NCBI GenBank assembly: GCA_963924565.1
Contig: OZ004608.1
Coordinates: forward strand, 10,974,001-11,038,000
Direction of reading: 5' to 3'
Length of the DNA stretch: 64,000 bases
Source: Ascidiella aspersa
Lineage: Eukaryota
In this document: positions 1 through 64,000 of the stretch, in pieces
How the letters are laid out: each line of letters begins with the position of its first letter
How positions within the stretch are numbered: the first letter of the stretch is position 1
The notes under the pieces: generated by a model
Told to the model about the DNA's origin: nothing
Seen by the model: only the letters and a program-made list of their open reading frames with translations
The model's database searches: none
Made by a program: the position numbers and the translations under genes

Positions 1-306
1 TCAAACGAACTTTGCTTAAAAACGGCTACACACACACGCGCGCGCACACCGAGTGGATGATAAGTGTAAATCTTATGGTAACTGAAGCAGGTAGCTGAAG
101 CAAAGCACGGTGCGTAACAGGTGCATACAAACGACGACCTGCCGGCTATTTGCGACTGGTTGTTTCAGTCGCGGGCCGAGAGCGCCGGAATGCGCGATTC
201 CGATGCCAAGGTCGAGGTCATCCCGCGGTCGATTTCGCACAAGCGAAAAACAAAACGAGAGCACGTAGCAACAACAAAAACAACAACATAAGCAGCAGCC
301 ATCCCG

Positions 307-15461
<15,155 letters not shown>

Positions 15462-16261
15462 TTCCAAACTATAAATGTAAAAACACATTATAATTTAGGA
15501 TTACTATCTATTTATCGTCACAACAAAAGACCCGGTTCACCAACATCTTTTTTAAGCTCTTGTCAACGCCAGCTGCGATTTCGGGTGTAATTGGGTTAAG
15601 CTCTTGAGCTGATAATACACAAATTTAAATGGAAATATTGATACGATCTCTTGGAACCTACATGTAAATTGGTTTCAAATCTTAAGGTGGATCCGCTGAC
15701 ACAGAACTTTGCATTGGACAATGTTTTTCATACAAATTATCAATTAGTAAATTAAAAAACCTAATTTTATGAATATGTTATTGTTATAGGCAACAGGGAA
15801 TGCTAATGTGACAGCATGATATAACAGGATTTTATTTAAATTGAACAAAAAAAAATGTCATCTATAGATGACTTTTTATTCTGCATTTCTATAAATTTTA
15901 AAATACCACACAATTGATCAGTTCTGCTGTGAAAATTAGAGCAAGTTTACTTGTGGACTTGCACCCCAAAAAGTCAAAAATGCAAACCAATTTTCAGCGC
16001 TGGTCTACAATCCTACCAATTTTTTTGGTAATGAAACGAGTTGTCAAAAATGAAATTGCAAGGGAAAAATAAATATTAGAGAATAAAAATAATAATACTT
16101 GACCAGCCCGATCCCAAGTGCTAAATCACACCAAACCCAAATAATTTTCGCAATATAAACCATTGAACGAAAATGTGGCTCAAAAAATGTGGACTCACCG
16201 TTCAATTTTTTCAATGTGTTAAACAGACAGGGTGCACTTTTAACAATTGATGCACCACGAC

Positions 16262-16388
16262 CAGTGGTGGGATTCAAATTTTTTGTCAGCTGGTTCCATC
16301 ACCAAAAGTAATATATTTCAGCCGTTTCTTTTAAAAAAGCGACGACGGTTCTATAGAACCGGTGCGATCCGGCTGAATCCCACCACTG
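16262..16388. mobile_element. 127-bp hAT-type MITE
   Basis: Perfect 15-bp TIRs CAGTGGTGGGATTCA / TGAATCCCACCACTG; perfect 8-bp TSD ACCACGAC (16254-16261, 16389-16396). Confidence 0.9.
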
Positions 16389-17714
16389 ACCACGACCATG
16401 TCACCCCAAATTTTTGACCATGGATGCAACGAGGAGATTGCGTTTACATCTGCCATAATTTCCAGACGGGCCTAACAAATAATTGGATTTGAGTCCTAAA
16501 AGGAATGCATTATTTTAAAGCAATTTGAGTGCACAACTAAATTGATACTTTCCATACTGTAGTTAAAAAAATAATATTATCCAGTTTGAATCAGATTTCA
16601 AAGGACTCCAAATCACAGGGGTGATTATTCCTCTACACCTAAAAAGTTAACTGATGCACACACTGAAACACTATACAGATCTCTGGCGAAAAGAGACATG
16701 AAATAATGCAAACTGGCAAACTGAGTTGGGGAAACTTACTTCTTACTTGAAGTGCAATTTACAATGCTTACATTCATTTATCAAAATTAAGAGGGTCCGT
16801 CAAACTATGTGTCTAAAGTAAGGTTTACGCAATATTAAAATAAAACATATATTTTCGCATATCTTTAAAGTTTTAATTAAAATTATATTAAAGCAAACAT
16901 CGTTTAGTTGAAATTAATATCTTCAATAATACTTACTGAATTACAACTTTTTGATCTCTAACTCTACGTAAACAGTAAACAAACAAACGGACAATGTTTC
17001 ACATAAAAACTTTTGAAAGTCGTTACGTTAATTCCAACTTCCAAGTTGTAAAAGCTTTCGAGTAAACGTGAAGCTGCAAAGCTTTTCGCTCATGTTCTCT
17101 CAAGTGTGACGCTTATCAATAAGGCGTAACATTTATTTCTCAAGGGTTTATATTTATTATAATATCTGTATTTGGCACTAATCTCTGTGAATAGAAATCA
17201 GTGGTATCTGGATTGCATATTAACAATATACTACCCAGCTGCTATGTTTGTGGACTTTGTTATTTTAACTCTCAGGATATCAATGTCATAATCATAGTAA
17301 AACAATCACTCTCATGTTTTTAAACAGACTGAGAGGGTGAGAGGGATAATTTGTTGACACTGGGTGGCGCTAAAGACCAAGTCCAAACTAAATTCATATT
17401 AAAAGTATTTAGAGAAGAATAGGCAATTTAGATTTAGCAAAAAAAACATCTTAAACAGAGGAAATACATTTGTTAAATGACTCAAACCCAAGAGAAGGCT
17501 TTTGCGAAATAATCCAAGCAAAGTTATCGTCGAAATTAAAACGATATCTTCTGTAATATAATGTATGACAAGTCCAAGCGCGGTCTAAGGTTTTCCAGGT
17601 AAAGTCAAGGATTTTGTCTAAGAAAGTCAATTCAGGTTGTTTGAAGTTCTACCCCCCACCGAATAAGTTGTACTACACAACGAGCGGTTCACTTGAGCCT
17701 GATTAAAACGTAAT

Positions 17715-17803
17715 CGCCATCCTTGCGGCATACAGACATTTGAAGAAGTCGGTTGGGCGACGGAAGTGGGCCGGTGGTGATTGGCTGTTGAGTGCACGTG
17801 CAC
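17715..17803 (-). promoter_or_regulatory. Putative CNNM housekeeping-type promoter
   Basis: In minus-strand order: E-box palindrome GTGCACGTGCAC (17792-17803), CCAAT (17780-17784), ETS site CGGAAGTG (17761-17768), YY1-like ATGGCG (17715-17720); lies at the edge of the CpG-rich zone. Confidence 0.5.
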
Positions 17804-19559
17804 GCCCATAGTGCCGAAACTGACACTTCTTGGGCTGCGCAGCTTCCACAAGTGGCACCTTTGCGGGGCCGCCCGTCGGCTGTACGGCGACTTTCTGCGG
17901 CCAGATAAGAGCTGAGCGCCCGCACGTCTTGCCTTCTTCCTTTTTTGGCGTGCGATAAGCGCCAAGGCGGCCGTTCTCGCTTCTCTGTTTCACCGCTATT
18001 TTTCTCGGCTAGAGCTTGCGAGTTTTGGCAGCGGAGCAGAGTCGATTTGCGTATGGGTTTAAGTTCGCACTCTTGGCGATACGCGAAGCTATAATGCCCA
18101 GCGCTAGGATTAGGCGCGTTCTCTAAATCCGTTCAAGCAGTATGGCGTTAATTATAAGACAGTATAAAGCAAAGTTAAGACCATTGTCCTTCTTGTTTTC
18201 TGGTGAGCTTTAATGTGAACACTATCGCGACTTTGTGAAAGCTGAGAGACTGCAGGCATTTCGTGGAAAGGGCGCTGATAGACAAAACGAAGAAGGAATC
18301 GTGGAAAGAGAGCAGTTGGCGTCTAAGCTTATTTTAGATGGAAAGGAAAACTTGTAGAAATCTCGTAGCGTTAGTTAGATACGTTCTACTGTCTACTATA
18401 AGTGATGGAAAAAAAGGAATGTAATTGTAAAATGACTTACGGAAATTTAGGTATTGCTTAGAAAGATGCTGGTTAAAAGTTTCAAATTCCAGGGATTGTT
18501 TCCAAGTGCTTTGGTATTTCGACATGTTATGTTATCATTGTTTAAAATCAAGGCGCGGAGTGTTGTTTCAAGGTATCGAAAGGCGATATGGCGTCTGGTC
18601 GGCCGATGTGAGTTAAAAACATGCCCACTTTCCCAGTTGTGAAAAGATAGACGTGGGATTACAGTCACGACATTAAATATGTGTGTCTGAGTTAAATGGC
18701 TCCACCCATCAACCGTACGTTTATGCGCGACGAAAAGGAAACGGGGCCGCTTTTTCGTCACTATTACAAAACTCCTTTTATTTGCCTTGCGCGTTCGCAC
18801 GGCAAGAGAGCAAATACGCCAAGACGGCGAAGTGATGTGGATTTAATGGCGGGCCCGGGGCTTTGAATCGCACCGAGAATATCGGCAATAGCTTTGATTT
18901 ACGGCTCCCAGGACAAACGCACCGCCTTTGCCTTGTAAGGTGGGCAGCGCTGTCGGGAAAACAATCGCGTGCTGCCGTTTGCTTCGCAGTTTGTGAATGA
19001 GCGGATTGATAAATGCCGTTTTAATACCATTGCCCGTAAAAAAGCGACGGTTGATGGTCGATTCGAGAGTAAGGCGCGTCTGGCAGTTTTGAACCAGCCG
19101 TGCTTATCGCCTGATAACACTACATCTAACGCTTTTACCGTCCCCGTTAACAGTAGGGCATTTGCTAACGTTCGATTAGTGTTAGGGCGCCATGTGCTTG
19201 ATATGATAAATTGGTGGGGAGTCATTGTGCATATACGATTTCGAACGCTTAGTAAAGTAAAAAATTATTGTAGAAATAAAAAAATGTTCGCCTTAAATTA
19301 CCCCCAGTTACTAGGAAATCAGAAATATTTTTCCGACCTTAAAATTGTTTCCAGAAAAAGGCCTCATCACGTCGAGGAAAAAATATCAACGCACTATTGC
19401 GTACGACACAGCTTTGCTATCCTATTTTCCGCCCGTTTTTCGAAATGGTAAATAACCGACTCGTAAGCAATCTGGCCGCGGCCAGTTCTAAGTTCCAAAC
19501 GCGCGATCTGATGTTGCATGATGCGTCCCGATCGTCGTCGTCGTGGGAAATGAGACGTC

Positions 19560-20110
19560 GCACTTGAATCGGTGACGTCATCCCCTTGTGGCACCGAGAG
19601 TTACTGACGTTCCTGGTGTCCGCTCGACTTGCGTTTGATAGCCGTGAATATCGCGCCTGCTGGCTTGGCTTTCCATTCACGTTTGTTGTGTCCGCACGCA
19701 TGAGTCAGTTGTTATGCTCTCGGTAATTAGCTTGAGATAGTGTTTTTTATCCCCCTGAACTGCTGGAACAGTATTGGGATGTCAAAACAATTGTTTTAAG
19801 GTTGCAGTTAAGAGAGTGTTAAGGAAGTTTTAAGGTTGTAATAAAGAGTGTGCCCTTCTTGCTGAGTTTGTGTTTGTATTCATTGGAATGTATTGGATTA
19901 ATGTTTATCAGCACAGCCACACATGCTAGACCAAAGTTTAATACGTCGAAATATAACGTTTTTAAGGATAAAGATCTCATTAGCATATTTGTTAAGTTGC
20001 GTTTGTTCGAATTTGTTAAAACTAAGTTTGTATTTGAATATTTGTAAATCACGTGTTTATTTTCGTGCACGCTGTCAGCTGTCAGCCAATCAGTCGACTG
20101 ACGGCTTAGA
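19560..20110 (+). promoter_or_regulatory. Putative ROR promoter-proximal region
   Basis: Full CRE TGACGTCA (19573-19580), AP-1 TGAGTCA (19701-19707), E-box CACGTG (20050-20055), AGCCAATCAG (~20084-20093), upstream of the ATG at 20377. Confidence 0.4.
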
Positions 20111-20376
20111 AATATTTCCAAAATTGAGGCTAATCCCGTTGTTGTTTATTTATCTTCGCGACCCAGGTCGGCGCACACAGTTTCTAGGAGTTGCATAAAA
20201 GCTGTCAAGAAAGTTGCCAATTGCCGAGGAGACGCCCTTCCCACCAAGAACAGCAGCCGACCCAAATTGGATTTACGCGCGCGATTTCCACGCGATAATT
20301 GATCTTCTCGCCAAAGACAAAAGACCGCGCCGCGACCGCCATTGTTTCCGACCTGCTGCCGCGGAGCAACGCCGCG

Positions 20377-45140
<24,764 letters not shown>

Positions 45141-45858
45141 ATTAACGCCCTGGCGCATACAAAAGGTTGACCATCTGTCCGTCGCTGATTGACCGCCAAG
45201 AGAGTGCTCGAGTACGAGCCACGTTGGGCTTATTTCCTAGTGATCTCCATTCCCGGTAAAGTTAAGTTTTATCCAACGCGTCGACTTCTTTATGGCATTG
45301 CTGGCCGCTATTAACGACGCTACTCTTGAAATCAATCAGTGTTTTTATTTTCCTTTAAAGGGAATATTTTGTAAAGCTTTTCGGACGTTTTAGATATTTC
45401 GGGTATAGTTCTAAAAACGAAACTATGGTTAAAAAACTTTAGGGTTTATTCACGCTATATTCGCCTCCTCTTTTATATCTTTTGAAGTCCATAAAAACCA
45501 TAAAAAAACGGCAGAAATTTTTTAACAAGCATATCGTCATGCTTTACTAATGTTGCTTAGTGTTATTTTTTTATGCATTTATCGCATTCCAGTTGTGTCT
45601 GAAAGTTGCCCCTGCCTTGTTCGCTTCGTTACAGTCGAAAGATATTGTATTTAAACGTTTAATTTAATTTTAGTTATTGATCGATCCCAAGGCTTGACAG
45701 ACTGGATAAATCTACCACTGGCTAAGGCTAAACAAGTAAACACAGTACTCGTTAATATACTTTTGATGTTTCAGTAAGCTCAATGCAATGAATTGTATAT
45801 ACGAACCACTAACCTTTTATTTGTACGTTCTTCTGTGTCATTTATAGGATGCTGCAAA

Positions 45859-45864
45859 AATAAA
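45859..45864 (+). terminator. Likely ROR polyadenylation signal
   Basis: AATAAA about 720 nt after the stop, followed by a GT-rich downstream element (GTTGTTTGTTTTGTGTC). Confidence 0.55.
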
Positions 45865-46875
45865 CCAACAGCAATGAGTTGTTTGTTTTGTGTCTTATAA
45901 GTTTATGCGAAATACAGATGCAAAGTACAGTTCCATGCTGGGTTACAGATACCCTTTACCACTGACAGAAACTTTTTGAATATTAAGACTGATTATTTTA
46001 AATTTACGAAACTTCTATTTAACCAGGATTCCTTAATGACAATAAAGAATACGTTACAGGCACTCCGAAAGAGAACATGAGTTCAAAAATCGGACAAAGA
46101 CATTTTTTACAATATTGTCTTATGATTTACCAAATCTAAATTGCCAAAAAATGACTGAAACTACACATACGCGGTAATGGAATACTGGCCTATACAGCAT
46201 CACAAAACAAAATAGCGATATTTTTAACAATGTGTTTCTAGTATAAAATGTCGATTATAAGAACCACATTGTTGAGTTTAAGATTTTAAAAGCTTGACTT
46301 AACTTTCTAAAACACATTAAGCTGCAAAAATTAATAGAAACATAGGCCTACATTAGTTTAAGTTATTAACGGAAAATGTTTACCTCATTTGGGTTGCTGA
46401 CACCCAAAAAATTTAGATCACAGTGTCAGTTGGTTCCACTACCCAGGTCAATGAAACTTTTTCAATTACCATTTTTATCTATTAAAAAAATGAGAAAGTT
46501 CAATAAAGTAGTACGGAAGTTCATGAGTAAAATGCCCCCGCGAAAAAAGCCCCCAGATGTCGTTAGTTTCAAACCATAGTGACGTTCTCTGGAATGAAAC
46601 ATAACTAATAACCAAAATAAGATAACGTTGGATTTAGAGGTAGTTACAGTTAGTTTTTATTGGTACACAATGTCTTATTCTTTTAACCGCTCGACATTTT
46701 ACTAACCTTAGCTCTGCGTTACATTTGCTTTTGCAAACCATATTTTATTTTATTTTCGTGACTCAAAGTGAAAGGACCGCGCGCCCTTGATCTAGCTAAT
46801 GTACTAACACCATATTTAACCTATACCATGACGCATAAATTACCAAATCCCAATGGGTTTACTCTTACTTAGAAC

Positions 46876-47564
46876 CAGGGATGTCCGATACTAGACATTT
46901 TAATCCGATACAAAGTTTTACACAAAAAGTATCGCGATCCGATCACACGTCATTAATATGTTCCAACAAACAAAATACATGAAATTAAAACGTAATATTT
47001 GATAAAAACGACATTAAATGTCGTGAAAAAAAGTGAATGTAAAAAGCCGCTGATGATCCAGCATCACAAACCATAACTTAATATAGATACAACCTCGCCA
47101 CCTATATATATTTTTACCTAATTCTAGATGTACGCACTGACCCATACATCGCTTTTATCTTCACTTGATTTTTACACTGATAATAACATTAGTTATTGCT
47201 GAAACGTCTGTAAATTGCGCAATGTCGTTTTTATCGAATATTATGGCTTTGATATTTTTATTGAAATTACTAAAGAAACCCGTGTATTGTGTGTTCTAAA
47301 ATGTTCATCTTTTTAGTTTATTTGTCCGAATTTTGCTTCAGTGTTAAGAGTTTTACTTAACTTCATTTATTTTAGTTACTCTCGGTTGTTCACCTACAAT
47401 TTTTTGATAAATTAACCTTTCAAGGTAAAAATCGTTGCTTTGGTTTGTAAACCAGGGCTGAAATTCCTATATCAATTTAGTATCGGATCGGCACGGAAAC
47501 CACCCTAGTCTCGAAAGACCACCAGTTGGGATCGGGTATCGGCTCCGAAATTATCGAACATATA
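46876..47564. mobile_element. hAT-type non-autonomous element with nested family C hammerhead remnant
   Basis: 8-bp direct repeat CTTAGAAC on both sides (46868-46875, 47565-47572); ends CAGGGATGTCCGATA / TATCGAACAT; CCGAT motifs on the left and ATCGG motifs on the right. Confidence 0.65.
47171..47214 (+). ncRNA. Degenerate hammerhead motif (family C; core G8 to A)
   Basis: UUUACA-CUGAUAA-(17 nt)-GAAACGUC^UGUAAA with a perfect 6-bp stem I; stem II eroded. Confidence 0.5.
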
Positions 47565-49732
47565 CTTAGAACTATACATTTGGGGGCAACAGTTACATCT
47601 GGACAGTAATCATTCTATGAACCGAAATTCTGACATTGCTAACAGTCAAACACCTTATTATGCTGGTCCTGTATTGCGTGGAAACAGAACTTAGCAAGCT
47701 ATACTTCTGCTACATTATTATAAACCTGGCACTTTCAAACGACAAGCTCGGACGCAATACTTGGCTTCTTTCGCAAGCCGCTTGTAATGAAATTTCCGGA
47801 AATCAGTAGCAGTAGAGTTGTTGGTGACAAGTCACAAGTAAGACTATACGAGGGTGTTGTTGTTTTTTGTTGTACGTCGTTTTGTTGCTGCCGTCGCCAA
47901 AACGTGGAAAAGTAAACGAAAGAATGAAACTCGCGCAGCAGGAAAAGAATAGATATAAAACACCGAACGCCAAAACGTCAACGAAGAGTAACACAAATAT
48001 AAAGTAAAATAGATTGGTAACACCAATGACATCAGCGAAAGGACTAGAATAGGCAAAAAGATGCCGCAAGTCCGCCTTGAGAAAAAGTCTACCAGTACCG
48101 GCAAAGGTTGTCCCTGCAGATCACATTTATCGGAGTCTGACAATTAAAAGTTTGTTTTTAACGACTTTTGTTTATTTTATTAACGTTATTAAAATCCAAT
48201 TCGAATCGACATAAAAATCGCTTGTTTTACTTACGAAAATAGAACGTTTTATCTGTTGCGTGCAAACAAAAAAAGCGAGACCGACTACAGAAACACATAC
48301 GAACAAATTGAAAACGTTCAGTCAGCCTTTTTTAACGGTTGGTCGAGCCAAACGGATTTAAACTTTATATATTATAAAGTTAAGGGCGACGTCTGCAAAC
48401 CAACCACGGGCGAATCACAAGGGCCAGATTGACAGCAAGGGCGTTTGGGTTTCAAACGTTAGCGGGGACGTCACATTTCTGTGTGTTTGAAGAACGCGCG
48501 TCCGCCGAAAGTCCCATAACGCAAGTTTTGAAGAACAAGAGATAATTGACAGATTGGGGCAGACAAGATACGAGGGGGAATTCCCGCGTTGAGGAACACG
48601 AACACACGCGCAACCAAAGTACCCGGGATCGTGCTACATTAGTGATACACAAGTTTTACTGCACAGTTGCCCTGTTTGAAGCGGAAAGCCGCTTTTTCCC
48701 GCATTTCGTCTTTTCGCGTATGTTGGGCGATACGCGTAAGCACGGCTTATTTGAGGTCAGGCGGTTCTCCGGGCTATTGTCTCTTCGACCACGTTGGTGG
48801 TCTCGAAATTTAAAGCCACGCGCGAACGAGAAATGTTTGCCAGACGCACACTACTAATAAATTGGCTGTGGGCATTTTTATACGACACGTATGAAGAGGA
48901 CATCTTAAGGGTAAAGCTACTGCCCTTGGAAACCTTTTTCATTTTTCCGCTTTTTATTCGCCGAGTTTCAAAGCACACTGCTTAAAAAGGAGGTTCCTAA
49001 TAATAGCTACATTTTAAGTTGATCGGTACCGCGATTAAAACAATTCACCTTTCATTGCTTTTGTGTTCAAAATTTAAGCGGGATATGGGTAATAAAAAAG
49101 TGAAATTTTATTCCATTTTAAACCGATCAATTGCCTTTTATTATTTCTCTCAGGATTTATGCGTGACGTCAGAATTTCACTCCGACCGATTCAGCCAGTG
49201 TACATTACGTTATCACCTATCGCACGACGAAAAGGCATCCGGAGAAAGCGGTGACATATCGTTTGACAAACCTCACGAAATAAAACGGACAATGCGAATG
49301 AGTTGTGCAATTGGCACACTAACGCCCAGGATAAGTAATGTTAGCCTTGTTAGGATGTTAGGGTTGTTGTTAAAAGTCAAAGCGTTGTGAAGTGAGAATA
49401 GTAAGCTTTGTTGCGCAACATTTTTGAGAAAATAAATCTTGTACGCATTAACAGGCGGTAAGAATTCTCTATACTTTAGAGGACGTTAATGTTCGTTTCA
49501 GCACAGGAACTTAAATAGCACATACCCTTTTGTCGTCTAAAAAGTAGCAATTGAAAAAGAAACTAACGAACAACGCAACAAGCCAACGCCAGTAAACTAA
49601 CATAGAGGATATCAAGGACAGGGGTCGGGGCTTTTTGTTATCCCTCTATGCTGACACACAGGGCAGATGAGGAGGAAGGATTCTCTCCTCTCCTGGAGGG
49701 AAGATAGTCGGAGTGGGAGGGGGAGGAGCAGA

Positions 49733-63017
<13,285 letters not shown>

Positions 63018-64000
63018 ATTGCTGCAAGCTTAACATAAGCTCTAGATAAACACTTGAATTCCACTTCACCACGTCTTATAATGGAAGGTTGAGCTATGAA
63101 ACTAAATTTCCAAATAACAGTCTGCCACAGGAGTTACAAACTGAATAACGCAAATTCGCCGAGACTGGGGAAAGTCTATAGAAAAATTGTACTAAACCAA
63201 CAATCGCTGAACAGTTAAGTCTCCCAAGACTTGCCAATCACTGCACAATGAAGGACGCCTTTAACAAAAAATTACAAAGTGCAGATCAAACAGTCATGTC
63301 CAGATAAAAGAGCTGATATGGTTTGAATGAAAGGGTTCGAGTGTTTGAACAACGACCGGGATAAAACACAGCAGAGTTTGCTGATGTTCACAAAACTGAA
63401 GTTGGACAGTAGAAAAAATGAACCACAAAAAGACAAAAAAATATATAATTGAGTAGTTTACAGCTGTTTACAGTAAAAAAAAGTAAACAACAAAGGGGCA
63501 AAAAAATTATAATTGGATAATTTACAGCTTGCCAACTAAGCTGCTGTGTATGTAGTAGTTATTTAAAATCAAATAAAAAAAATTAGTGAATAAACACAAC
63601 TAAAAAAATTATTATCACACATGTCAAATATTTAGTGGTTCCCTTTTGATTGGAATGTGTTTATTGGCAACCAATTGGTTATATTTGTAAAACACAGGAA
63701 ACAATTGTCTTTGTCAGTAAACAAAACATACCCTTGCTTTTCTATTTTTAGCTGAGAAATGAGGAAATGGTCCGTTCATTTAGGCATATCCGCATATTTT
63801 AGTAAATAGTTTATGGCGCTTTTGTACATAGAAAAGCCATTGCTCGTAGCATATTCGACCTCCAGCTAATTTTACCACCAATTGATTCATTTATAGCCAT
63901 GAGCAGGTAAAAATAGATAATTTACAACATGGTTTCGTAGGTCACTTGTGAAACATAGGAAATACTCATGTAGGCTGTTTCCGGAAAATGCATGCAATAA

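Noticed and set aside
17627-19701. Cluster of 60-160 aa ORFs between CNNM and ROR
   Set aside because: No recognisable domains or splice-consistent structure; expected by chance in a GC-rich promoter region.
63966-63993. Possible further PKA first exon MHFPETAYM
   Set aside because: Weak donor (A|GTATTT) at the window edge; no other support.

Overview
Intron-rich animal genomic DNA; an ascidian/tunicate-like invertebrate is my inference from compact AT-rich introns and mosaic CpG content. I assembled three genes by hand with phase-consistent splice sites: (1) a CNNM/ACDP Mg2+ transporter on the minus strand (12 coding exons, 307-15461, ~860 aa); (2) a divergently transcribed ROR receptor tyrosine (pseudo)kinase on the plus strand (19 exons, 20377-45140, ~1123 aa; Ig-CRD-Kringle-TM-kinase-Pro/His-rich tail); (3) a convergent PKA catalytic subunit on the minus strand (49733-63017, with candidate alternative first exons). 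Introns carry several hAT-type MITEs. The main unexpected signal is a set of seven minimal Type I hammerhead-ribozyme motifs in three sequence families, of the kind known from Penelope-like elements. Four of them form two palindromes, and in each palindrome the best-preserved ribozyme lies on the host pre-mRNA strand next to its own antisense copy. Other notable points: a more degenerate ROR kinase (DFG to NLG, DVW to AVW), a GC-AG intron, a candidate alternative CNNM last exon, duplicated PKA last-exon acceptors, and sharp CpG-depletion boundaries inside CNNM and PKA.
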